Source of the DNA: Prorocentrum cordatum
Lineage: Eukaryota
Assembly (NCBI GenBank): GCA_963575745.1
Contig: CAUYUJ010000203.1
Location: forward strand, 62,001 to 126,000
DNA: 64,000 nucleotides
Direction: 5' to 3'
In this document: piece after piece, positions 49,301 through 60,560 of the stretch
How positions within the stretch are numbered: position 1 is the first letter of the stretch
Layout: every line of letters begins with the position of its first letter
Notes under the pieces: model-generated
Seen by the model: only the letters and a program-made list of their open reading frames with translations
What the model was told of the DNA's origin: nothing
Databases searched by the model: none
Translations under genes and position numbers: made by a program

Positions 49301-50913
49301 TCGAATGTCGCTGTACAGGCTTGGGTGGACCATGCCCAATTTTACTACCCTCGTGGACGATTTTGGTCACGAGATATCTCTCACCTTGTCGCCGCCCAAA
49401 CTGGTGAAGCTTTTTTGTTGCAAGGCGGCTGTATTTCGGAGCCTTGAGCGGGATTCCGGGGACAAGTTTCAGGCTGGTGCCCGTCTCTGTTGGGACGTCC
49501 CACAGAGACTTCTTGCGTCCAAGAAAATCCATGGGGTTCAGAAGGGTATGATCCGTGCTCTGGCCACCAATGCCTGCTGGACTGCAGGCGATGCAGCCGA
49601 CTTAGGCTACCCCATCTCCAGTTTGTGCCCGCTGGGCTGCGGCGCCAAGGACACCCTGTTTCACCGCCTCTGGGCGTGCCCGTGCGCGCAGGCCGAGCGG
49701 GACGAGTGCATGCCGAAGTGGATCCAGGAAGCGGCGCTTGAAGTGCCTGAGAGCGACCCCGAGAGAAAAGCTATGTGGCTTCATGGTGCGTTCAGACATC
49801 CTGGGGACTGGGCTCCGAAGCCGGCTATCTCGCCCGACGGCGTCACTGTCGACTGGCATGTTGACCCGCTCCCTGATCCTGCCAGGCCAGGCTCGCCCCC
49901 CTCCATTGTTCCCAGGGGCGGCGTCTGGGGGCACCTTTTCATGGATGGGTCCTGCTCTAGGCACCAGGTTAGGGAGTTGTCTAGGGCGGGGTGGTCTGTT
50001 GTTATGGTCTCGGAGTCGGGGGAGAAGCTTGGGGTCATAAAAGGTCCCCTCTGGGCTCCGTGGCCTCAGACCCCCCAGGGAGCCGCATTTGGCGCCCTAG
50101 CCTGGACTGCGTTGTGCACGGAGGTCCCTGCTCAGTGTTAGTCAGATTGTGCTAATGTGGTGATGTTGCAGAATCTTGGCGGAGCCGAGGCGTCTGGCCC
50201 AGCCCGTCAGTACGCTGGCTTCGTCATGCAAGCTCGCCACCATTTTGGCCGCTTTTGCGAGGGCATCCACAAAGTGGCTGCCCACAAAGATCTGGAGGAG
50301 GAGGGTTCGTCGGCGGAAGGGGCGCTTTCGGAGGTTGGGTAATGCGTATGCCGACGTCGAGACGAAGGAAGGTGCGACGCGGCATCCGACTATGACGCCA
50401 ACGGAGGCCGATGCTTTAAGTCGTACTTTAAAGATTGCTAGGGCTGTGTTGCTGGGCGGAGCAGCGTTGCCCCCGCTTTGGCCCAAAGTCGAGTTCCGTG
50501 GCTTGGAGCGAGTCCAGCCGCCGAAGCCACCACGCCCTCCTCGGCTTGTGCTGGAGCACGATTGGGACCGCCAAGGTAGCTTTTGGAGGTGCCGCGTGTG
50601 TTTGCGAGGCTCCAGAGCGTCATCCCTGCCGAACAGCGGGTCGGAATGTGCGGGCCGCAGCAGGCTCGACAGGTGCGTTCTGGAGCGTCTCGGGCATCGC
50701 GTGGTAGCGTTCCCTTGCACTGATAATGCTAACCTGTTCCTTTGCATGTCGTGCAAGTTTTATAGCAGTGGTGGAGTTGTGTTAGGCCTGGGGCGTAAGT
50801 GCGCCCCACCTGCGGAGTCTGGCGTGAAGAACATGCGTAAGCTCCGTAGAGGCCTGCATCCTGATAAGAAGGGTGTTTACGTCGACATCGACGAATTCAT
50901 CCCGCTGTTATAA
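46390..50913 (+). pseudogene. Element 2 ORF2: EEP/APE endonuclease, RT, RNase H, Cys-rich C-terminus (disrupted)
   Basis: STVNAN, AQEHRL, GADWN. RT: LAKPCGGFRPIG, FWDLRKYYD, GIVAGC, VYVDD, NLGVD. CPLGC..HRLWAC. RNase H: LFMDGS, HKVAAH, GNAYAD. CRVC, CMSC, RRGLHP. Stop at 50139 and several frameshifts. Confidence 0.9.
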
Positions 50914-51624
50914 GGTACAGGTTCAGTGCCGCACCAGTTGCGCCTCTGGGCTGGTCGTGCAGACACTGTTCTCATAACAGAGGCCGCGGCGTTGCTGCTC
51001 AAAAAAAAAGGAGGAGGATGGAGGAGGAGGAGGAGGCGGAGGAGGAGGGGGCGGAGGAGGAGGAGGATGGAGGAGGAGGAGGAGGCGGAGGAGGAGGAGG
51101 AGGAGGAGGAGGATGGAGGAGGAGATGGCAAGCTAGGCGGAAGAGGAGGAGGAGGATGAGGAGGAGGAGGAGGAGGAGGCAAACTAGGTGCGCTGGCGTC
51201 ATATCTGGCGTCCTTCCCCTCCCTCCCATCCCTTACCATGTTGCAGACCTCCTCCCTATTCGCACAGTCGGAGGTCGAGGCAGGGCAATGATCCCGACAG
51301 GGTGCGCGATGCATCGTAGAGCACGGCATAGCAGGGCGTAGAAGAGCACGGCAGAACGTAGTATGTCATAGCATGGCGCGGCGGTGCGCAGTGAAGAATT
51401 GCATCACAAAGCATTGCAACGCACATATTGGCATCGCACAGCGGCACAGAACAGAGCATGGCATAGCATGGCGTTGAATATCAAAGCGTAGCATGGCATA
51501 GCATGGCGTGGCAATGCGTAGTCAAGCATTGCATATCCTAGCATTGCAGCTGAAGGCATGGCACCGCATAGCAGAACACCACATAACGTTGCATTGCATG
51601 CCGTGGCATGGCACTGGAAATAAT

Positions 51625-51810
51625 GACGCCAGCGCTGCAGCGGGAGCGCGATTCGGAACGAGCGGAGGCACGAACATGAGACCGACGCTGCTGCGGGAGC
51701 ACGATTCGGAACGAGCGAGAGCGCGGTCATGAGGCCAACGTTGCAGCGGGAGCACGATTCGGAACGAGCGGAAGCCCGAACATGAGGCCAGCGATTCAGC
51801 GGGAGCAGCA
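51625..51810. repeat. Short tandem repeat of gcagcgggagcacgattcggaacgagcg units
   Basis: Three to four copies about 53-55 bp apart. Confidence 0.7.
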
Positions 51811-52448
51811 TTTTGAAACACACAACCCAAACGAGAACCCAACTCCGGGGAATCCTGTGTGAAATGCGAAGGGGGGCCAAGCCTCTTACGTACGTAATCA
51901 GAGGAGAGAGGAGAGTAGTATCCATATTGTGCAATGGTGGAGTGGGGGGTGAAGAAGGAGAAAGAGAAGGAGGAACAGAGGAGGAAGAGGAGGAAAAGGA
52001 GGAGGAGGAGACGGAAACGGAGGAGGAGGAAGTGGAGGAGGAGGTGGAGGAGGAGGAGGAGGTGGAGGAGTTGGAGTAGGAGGAGGAAGGAGGAGCAGAG
52101 GAGGAGGAGGAGGAGAGGAGGAGGAGGAGGAGGAGAGGAGGAGGAGGAGGAGGAGGAGGAGGGGGGAGGAGGACGCCTCATTCCAGCGTCCTTTGCCATG
52201 CTGCGGCCATCCTTCCGCCGCCAGAGGCGGCGAGGCCAGCCCATAGTCTGGAGGCCCTGGTCCAGACGCCTGGGATGCAGGCTTTCCTATCACGCATTCA
52301 GGCTAGAGAGGCAGCCCAGCGCAACGCTTCTGCTGTTAAAGCAAACCCTCTTTGTATGTCCGCCATGCTGGGTGGAGGCTGTAGCTGTTGTGGTGGAGTG
52401 GGGTGATTCCGCTGCCATAGTTCGACCCTGGGGTGACTCCGCTGCCAT

Positions 52449-52479
<31 letters not shown>

Positions 52480-53933
52480 AACAAAACGAGTAGGAGGGGG
52501 AGGAGGAGGACAGGGTGGAGGAGGACGAGGAGGACGAGGAGGAGGAGGAGGAGGAGGACGACGACGACGACGAGGAAGGGCGCGCGGGGAGACTGGCCAG
52601 CACGGGCGCCACAGGCGGCCCGCCTGCAGGCCTGGGCCTTCCCTCGGGGCGCCTCTCCGCCCAGCGCGGGCCCACGGGGGGTGGCCCCCGCACCCGCCCT
52701 GCGCACTCGGCTCCGGCCCGCCGCAGCACCCCGAGGTGGAGGGTTTCTCCGAATGGCTTAGGTGACCCGTCCTCCTCCGCCTCCTCCTCCTCCGCCTCCT
52801 CCTCCTCCTCCTCATCACCATCCTCCTTCTCCTCCCCCTCCCTCCTCCTCCTCGTCCTCCTCCTCCTCCTCCTTCTCCTCCTCCTCCTCGTCCTCCTCCA
52901 CCTCCTCCTCCTCCTCCTCTCCTCCTCCTCCTCCTCCTCCTCCTCTCCTCCCCCTCCCCCTCCTCCCCTCTCCCTCCCCTCCCCCTCCCCCTCCACCTCC
53001 TCCTCCTCCTTCTCCTCGGGTCGCCTACGGTCCGGGTGGGCAGCACCCCGAGGGTCACTCTTTGCTCGTTGGCGATCGGGCAGGCGCAGGTTCGAGTAGT
53101 GGCAACGCGCCGTGGCCCTACAAGCCCACCGAAGACTGTTCGAATAACCTTTGTGGACTGCGCGTGATGTGTAATGTGCTTGGAACGTTTCTGACTGAGA
53201 CTCGTGTTTGGACGCATCGGGTTGATGCTATAATAACATTGTTTTCGTTCTTAGAACACGTTCGGGTTCTAGGATATCTCGTGGTAGGCCCATAGGAGTG
53301 CCGAGACGGTCGGTCCCTGCTCACACCGAGTGCCCGTCCTGCGCGTTGGCGATCGGGCAGACGCAGGTGGAGCACCCCCCCCCCCGACGGACGGAGCGTC
53401 GCGGAATGAAGCGAGGCACAGACACACCAACTCGGTGGTCCGCGCGGATGTCTTGGATCGGGGCCGGGCACCCCTCACTGGCGCGAGGAACGCGCGAGGG
53501 GCGGCGCTGGAGGCGCCTTCAGGGGGGTCAGAAACAGACCCTTCGTCTCTTGCTGTGCGATGCTGATGCCAGCACGATGGCTGCATGTTTGCGTCATCGT
53601 CCGGTTCTCCAGAGCGGCCGACAGTGCGAGCGGGCGCAGATTGGCCAAGCGGCGCCGCCCCCGGGGAGAACCGGGGGCCGGCCGTCCGGGCAGGGGGGGC
53701 GAAGACGCCGCCGCCACCGCCGCCGCCGCCGCCGACGCCGCCGCCGACGACGACGATAACGACGTCACCGACGACGGGCACGACGACGGCGAGCACGAGC
53801 ACGACCACGAGAGCGGAGGCGTCGTCGACGTCGGCGGAGACGTCGACGACGACGGCGGCGGCGGCAGCGCCTGCAGCGGTGCCCGCGGCGCCCGCGGCGG
53901 CGCTGGCGGCGGGCCCCCCTCCCGCCCGCGGAG

Positions 53934-54009
53934 GCTGCCCCGAGGCCGAGGCGCCCGGGCCCGCGTGGCCCGAGGGCTTCCTGGGGGCCGAGGGGCAGCA
54001 GGGGCACAC
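53934..54009 (+). CDS. Host gene exon g (G-CPEAEAPGPAWPEGFLGAEGQQGH-T)
   Basis: AG|G acceptor (start uncertain; an upstream in-phase CAG exists) and GT donor at 54010. AC|G joins exon h to give GHTYLYY. Confidence 0.6.
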
Positions 54010-56385
54010 GTGCCCCGCGCCCCGCCGGCTAGGAGGAGGAGGAGAAGGAGGAGGAGGAGGAGGAGGAGGAGAATTAGGAGGAGGAGGAGAAGGAGGAGGA
54101 GGAGGAGGAGGAGGAAAAGGAGCCAGAGCGTGGCGGCCTCGCCCTGGCGGCAGAGCGGGCGGCCTCGGGCGTTTGGTGCCCAGGCAAAAGCCGCCGATCT
54201 CCGAACGGTCCAGACACGCGGAGGTCCACGCACTCGGAGGTCCGCGCAGATTTCTCGAGGATCGCCGCTGGAGCCCCCATCTCCCTGGCTCGCGGGGCGC
54301 GCCAGGGGCGGCGCCGGAGGCGCTGCCAGTTGGCCCCAGCGCCGACCCGACATCGCGCGGACCTCCGAGCTGTTATTTCCCAAACAGCGTTTGCTTTCAC
54401 GTCGGGTCTTAAATCTGTTCGAAGGAATCGGGCCTGTCTGTCGGTCTGGCGGCTATGCAGCCACCGTCGCCGCCCCGTCGTCGCCTCGTCGGCGCCCGTC
54501 GTCTGGGCCTGTCTGTCGGTCTGGCGGCTATGTAGCCGCCGCCGCCGCTTCTGCCCCGTATCAGCCTCGTTGCCGCCCGTCGTCTTTGTCGCCGCCGTCG
54601 CCGCCCCGCCTCCCATGGATTTTTTCCTTCTGTTGCAGGAATATTAGGATAGACTCCCCCCCCGAGCGTATCGTTTTCGTATGGCGATGGGCAATTTGAC
54701 ATACGATTCTGCCCAAGCGTCGATCTCAAAATATGAGCTCGTGCCATCCCAGGCAGGCCCGCAGGGCCCGAGACGGGGAGCCCGGACCAACAAAAAAAAC
54801 CGAGCCCCTTCCGCCCCAACAAAAAAACTCCTTGGAGGCCCGAAGAGGCCCCGCCCGCGGCGCCTTGCAGGGGCCTGCTTCGCGCATGCACGTGCGCCCG
54901 CCGCCTGATCCGCGGCCCCCGCGCGCGCTCGGCAATTTAGTCGCGGCCGTAGCCCGCCCGCGACCTCCCGCCGCTGGCGCTTCCGCCTGCGGCTGTCAAA
55001 AAAAAACATGCACGTGCGCGAGAGGAGCAGGAGAGCACCCAGTCGCCTTCGAGCAAGGCGCGGGCCTGCCCCCGCAGAGGGCGCGAACGCGGCGCGCCGG
55101 GCGAAGCGTGGAAGGGGGCCTCCGTCTGCCCTTTGCTCCCTCCGCCCTCTCCTTTTCCTCCTCCTCGTTCTCCTCCTCCTTTTCCTCCTCCTCGTCCTCC
55201 TCCTCCTCCTCCTCCTCCTCCTCCTCCTCCTCCTCCTCCTCCCCCTCCTCCTCCTCCCCGCTTCTCCTCCTCCCTGCTCCTCTCATGAGGGGGCCCCCGG
55301 CCCCCTCATGGCGCCCTCCGCCGGCCAGGGTGGTCGGTCCACCCAGGCCGCGGGGGGGGATAGAGGGGGTCGGTGCTTTCGTTTCCCCAAGCAGCCTGTA
55401 CCTCGTCGCCGCCACTGGGGGCAGGGATGGGGGACGCACCGCTCCCTCGGATGGCCCCCCCTTCCAGGAGCTCTCGGCCCCATCCCGCGCCCTTCTCCGT
55501 CCTTCCCCTCCGCCCCTCTACCGTATTCCAGTGCCTTCGACATGCTCGCCGTCGGCCGCGCTGCCGAACGCACACTGTGCATCCGAGGTTCCGGCGCACA
55601 TCGGCACAGTGGGATCTGGCGAGTTTCGCACCAATCGTCCTTTTTACGATGCCGAGGGCGCAACCGATGGCGCGGTCCTGGACGAGGACGACGAGGAGGA
55701 GTTGGCGCAATAGGACGACGAGGAGGACGAGGAAGCTGACGAGGGGAGGACGACGACGACGACGATCAGGACGGGGAGGAGGACGGGGAATAAGTCGAGT
55801 GGTACGGTGACGAAATGTAGGGATTTGAATGTGCGCGGGGTTACGCCCGATGTATGCTCGCCGTTTGGGCTGGCGGCGGGGCCCAAACGGCGAGCTGTCT
55901 TGTGATTGAGAATGCTGTTTCTCTAGCGGGCTCGGCGCCCCTGTTACCCTTACGGCCGCACATGGTCGTATGTGTTCCCTCGCTTGTCGCTGTGAGGATC
56001 TGGAATATGATCCCAGGACGACGGGCGAGGGAGTACATCGCGGGTCGTGTGCATCAGACTGACGCGCCTGTTCGCACGTAGCCAGGAGGACGAGCAGGCG
56101 GACGAGGAGGAGGAGGATGAGGAGCAGCAGCAGCAGGTCGAGGAGGAGGATTTTTTCCACCGCGCAGATTCAGCCCACAGGACATCACACGCGGCCCCGC
56201 CGCGGTGCCCCGCGCGCTCAGCCGGCGGGCGAGTCCGACCGAACCACACGGGGAAAAAGCCCCGCCCCACGGGCAGGCGGGAGGCCCCAACCGAACGGAG
56301 CCGACCCCACAAAGGGGGAGGCCGAACGGAACGGCCTCCCGCACGCCCAAGAGGCAGGGCAAAAAAGGACCCGGACCCCGGGACC

Positions 56386-56444
<59 letters not shown>

Positions 56445-56899
56445 AACGACACGACACGACGGGGGGACGGACCGCCAGTCCCGCCCCAAGGCGGCGACCG
56501 CAGGGGAGGGAACCCTGCGCCGCCCTGGGGGAGGCCCCGGGACCTGGCAGCCCCCCCTGGGAAGGGGACCCCGCTTACGGGGGCCATCCCAGGGGAGCGG
56601 GGGCTTTTCGCCCCTCGGGCCCGGCGCTCCCCGCCTGCGCCAGGAGGGCCCTGGGGTCCCGACCCCTCCCCTACGGGAGGGGCCCCCAGGTCGAGGAGGA
56701 GGAGGAGGAGGAGGAGGAGGAGGAGGAGGAGGAGGGAGAGGGAGGAAGAGGAGGAGGATGAGGAGGAGGATGAGGGAGGAGGAGGAGGAGGAGGAGGAGG
56801 AGGAGGGAGGAGGAGGAGGAGGAGGAGGAGGAGGAGGAAGGAGGAGGAGGGAGGAGGAGGAGGAGGAGGAGAGGCAGCGCTCTCCGATTTCCGCGTGAG

Positions 56900-56945
56900 G
56901 TACCTCTACTACCATTCCATCGTCGGTGGGGCCCGTATGCAGCAG
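56900..56945 (+). CDS. Host gene exon h (YLYYHSIVGGARMQQ)
   Basis: AG|G acceptor and CAG|GA donor. Resembles the polycystin extracellular-loop motif (N.llG.pRlrQ.R). Next exon not identified. Confidence 0.75.
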
Positions 56946-58619
56946 GACTCCGGCTCCCGTTCCGCCCTCATTTCCACGTGCGGTCGTTTCTGTTGCCGTC
57001 CGTGGGCGTAACACATATCCGTATCCGCGGCCCCGCGGGCCTGAGCAATGGGCCGCGACCTCGCAGATAAGAGTCGGTTTTTTTCATGGGTATTCGAAGA
57101 TGTTTTGCGCGGGGCGTATCCGTTTTACCGGTATCCGCAACGCGCCCAGGAAGTTAGACCGCGAGGGCGTGGGCATGGATGTGTTCGCCGCTCGTTATTT
57201 GCAATTGTTGTCGTCGTCGATTCTACCCCTCTGCGTGACGCTTCGCTGTAATGTATAGTGTCCTTGTGAAAAATGTATGATGTCCCTCCTCCCCTCCCTC
57301 CCCCCTCTCCCCTCCCCCTCCCCCTCCCCCATGCCACGCGTGCGCGCCGCGTGCCACAGAGCCGCCCCATGGCGGCGGATGACCCGCCGCCGCTCTTCTC
57401 CACCCCTCGGCTGAATGTGGCTCCTCGAAGCCCGCCCGCGCGTTTGGGCGAGCCTCCTGGCTCTGCATCAACCCAGGGGTGCTTCGGCAGCAAGTCGTGG
57501 GAGCGTGGTATACACTTTTAAGTTTGCCTTGAGCGTCGACTAGCGCCGATGAGCGTCTGGGAATGGATGACATGGCGCCGAATTAGCGTCGAGTCGTATC
57601 GATTTAGCGTCGAGTTGCGTCGATTTAGCGTCGACTAGCGTCGATTCGCAAGAGCCGGCAAGATGGTGTGGGAACCTCCCATGAGTTGCCACCGAAGTGT
57701 GGCTGAGAGGGGGGCAATGACTAGGGGGATTTATCATGGCCGGGGCCATGCCATCTTCCCAAATTTCATGGACCACTTTTTACCTTCAATGCAGCGATGG
57801 CGAAGCGTCCTCGTTTGCGTATAGGCCCACCACAAAGTGTTCTAAGAACTTTGTGTGGTCTGCACGCAATGTTCCTAGAACATTTCTGGCTGAGGCTGCC
57901 TTGTTTTATCACATGAGGTGTACGTTCTAAGACATTTTTGGGTTTCTCAGAAAACGCTTGGGTTTCTAAGAGCATTTGTGGTGGGCGTGTAGGACTGCCG
58001 GGACGGTCGGCCCCTGCTCAATTCAATGCGTCTCTTTGTCCCCCCCTCGTCCGCGCACGCGCCTCGGGCCACGAGTTGCGACCCCCCTCCTCGAACGCCC
58101 CGCCCCCGATCAAGGGTGTAGGCCGATCTTGAAGCCAGCGCGTCTCTTTTCGGCGCCAGCGGTTATGCAATGCAGGCCAGTGTCCCCTCTTCCTCCTCCT
58201 TCCTACGGGAGGCGACTCCTTTCCTCCTTTCGGCGACGAGCCCAGGGGGTAGGGGAGAGGAGGTTGGCCTTCTCAGAAGGCGGCGGGGCTGCTTAGAAGC
58301 CCTCAAGCCTTCTGAGGAGCCGCCTCGGTCTTCGGAGAAGGCTCAGCAAACTGCTCAGAAGGCGCGAGGGCTTCTGAGGAGCCTGGCCGCCTTTGAGACG
58401 ACCCAGCTCCTCTGACTTTCCCCCCCGGGGCTCGCCCCCGATCTGTCCTCCTGCAAGCAGCGCTTGGGGGCGGGCCTGGCTCGTGAGCACTTCAAGGTTT
58501 TGCCACGCCATCGCCATGGCAAAGGCGAGCGCCCCGGACCTCTCCCCAGCGCGTTCTGGCCAGGGTCTCGGGCCAGATCCAGCCGCGGCGGGCAAGTCAG
58601 GGAGGCTAAACTTCGAATC

Positions 58620-58888
58620 GACGGTGACGCTGACGATGACGAGGACGATGACGATGCTGCTGGTGGTGATGATGATGACGATGACGATGATGACGACGAT
58701 AACGATTACGATGATGATGCGGATGGTGATGATGGTGATGATGATGATGATGATGACGGTGATGCTAATGATGATGATGCTGCTGATGCTGATGATGATG
58801 TTGATGCTGATGCTGATGCTCATGCTCATGCTGATGCTGATGCTGATGATGGTGATGATGATGGCGATGGTGATGGTGATGGTGATGG

Positions 58889-58955
<67 letters not shown>

Positions 58956-59095
58956 AATGATGATGAGGATGATGATGATGAGGATGATGATGAGGTTGCT
59001 GATGCTGATGCTGATGCTGATGATTATTCTGATGATGACGGCGACGACGACGACGATGATTATGATGAAGAAGATGACGATGGTCATCATCGTCG
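58620..59095. repeat. (GAT)n compound microsatellite
   Basis: Direct inspection. Confidence 0.95.
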
Positions 59096-59581
59096 ATCCT
59101 TTGTGAGCTCTGGTCCCAAATCCTCTCAGGACAGGCCTCCTGGACCCCTTCCAGTGTTCATCCCGGCCCTTTCTGCACCACGGTCAGATTTCTGACGGTC
59201 CTTGGGCACGAAGCGGGCCTCCTGGGTAGATTCCAAACGCTCATTGAAAGTTGGGAGGGGAGAAGATCAGGAGGGGAAGAAACACACAGACACAATTAAT
59301 CGTCGATCCCCAGGAAAATACGGGAAAATATGGGAAGTGGTGGGGAAGACAAAAACTCAGAAAATATGGGAAAATATGGGGAATATTGTTATTTGTGTGT
59401 ATTTATGTGTGTGTTTGTGGGCCTCTTCAGAAGAGTATCAATGGCACGCCGCGCTGGGAGCTTGTCAGCAGGTTACGTCTTCGCTCCTGCGCGAAGTCCC
59501 GGCGTTTCCTCCACAGTGACACGCTGAGAGGTTCCCCACGTCGGCATGCCATGGATATTCGTTTTGTCCCCCCAGGAAAAA

Positions 59582-59774
59582 TCGGGGGCGGAAAAGAGGG
59601 GGGTGATGACTAGGGGGGGTGGATATCATGGCGGGGGCCATGATATTTCCCCAGATCTCGTGGCGCCTCTTCTTATTTCATTACGTCCCTGGCTCCCCCG
59701 CTGGGCCGCGCACATGCCGCCTGTCATGATTTGCACCCCCCCCTCTTGGACACCCCCCTCTTGGCCGCTCCCGA
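59582..59774. mobile_element. MITE-like family D (193 bp) with 29-bp duplication
   Basis: TIR TCGGGGGCGGAAAAGAGGGGGG / CCCCCCTCTTGGCCGCTCCCGA. 59553-59581 repeated at 59775-59803 with 2 mismatches. Partial relatives near 31115-31260 and 57720. Confidence 0.78.
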
Positions 59775-60082
59775 GGATACTTGTTTTGTCCCCCCAGGAA
59801 AAATGAATTGCTGGGTTCCCAATCTACTTGATGCGCCTCCCCGATGCAGTCGTCGAGCGGCGTCCCATCGGCCTTCCTGTTTTGGGGGACGGGCGGCACA
59901 CCCGATCTGTTTTCAACGCCTGCCTCCCCGCTTCTCTCTGGGGGCGGGCAAACGGCACGGCGTCCGCACCATGCGGCGAGTCGGTGGGCAGTCGGGGCCA
60001 CCGCACGATTGCGGGAGCTGGGTCGTTCGCCGCCGACGCCCCGGGACTGGGGCCCCCGAGGGTCCCCCAAGGGCCGTGTGGT

Positions 60083-60254
60083 TCGGGGGTGGACAGAACC
60101 CCCAACAGTGACACGTCGATTAGTGAAGTGTCCGTCTTCGGTTCTCGAGAGGGCGCCGTGGCCGCTATTTTCCAGGCTTGCGCCCGCCAGGTTTGGGCCC
60201 GAGGTCGTTTTCACTAAACCACGTTTTGCTAAAGGGAGGTCTGTCCATCCCAGA
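60083..60254. mobile_element. MITE-like family A copy (TSD GTGGT)
   Basis: Homologous to 503-673; GTGGT at 60078-60082 and 60255-60259. Confidence 0.78.
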
Positions 60255-60560
60255 GTGGTGGCGCACCGTGCAGCAAGGTTTTGGGGGATGTCGAGGTCAC
60301 CGCACGGCCCGTCACTGCATGTTTTTGTAGGACCCCCCCTTCTTTCTAGGCCTCCTTGGATGGGGCCCGAGCACATGAGGTCGGAGGATCGCGCCGCATC
60401 GCCGACACCTCGGCGATGCGGCTCGATGTGGAACCCCATTGTCTCCACGCCAGCGTCGCGGATGCATTACCGACGTCGACGATGCATCGCCGATACATCG
60501 GCGAGGCATTGGCAATGCGGCGCGATCCTTCGACCCCATCTGCTCGGACCCCATCCAGGA

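Larger units (their letters stand above)
44483..51009 (+). mobile_element. Full-length degenerate non-LTR retrotransposon (element 2) with SL head and A9 tail
   Basis: SL at 44483-44504; A9 at 51001-51009. GGAGGAGGATG flanks both ends (44472-44482, 51010-51020), a probable TSD within a (GGA)n tract. ORF1 and ORF2 motifs present. Confidence 0.92.

Noticed and set aside
55589..55675. Candidate exon VPAHIGTVGSGEFRTNRPFYDAEGATDG
   Set aside because: No donor in a phase compatible with exon h; exons g and h already join cleanly.
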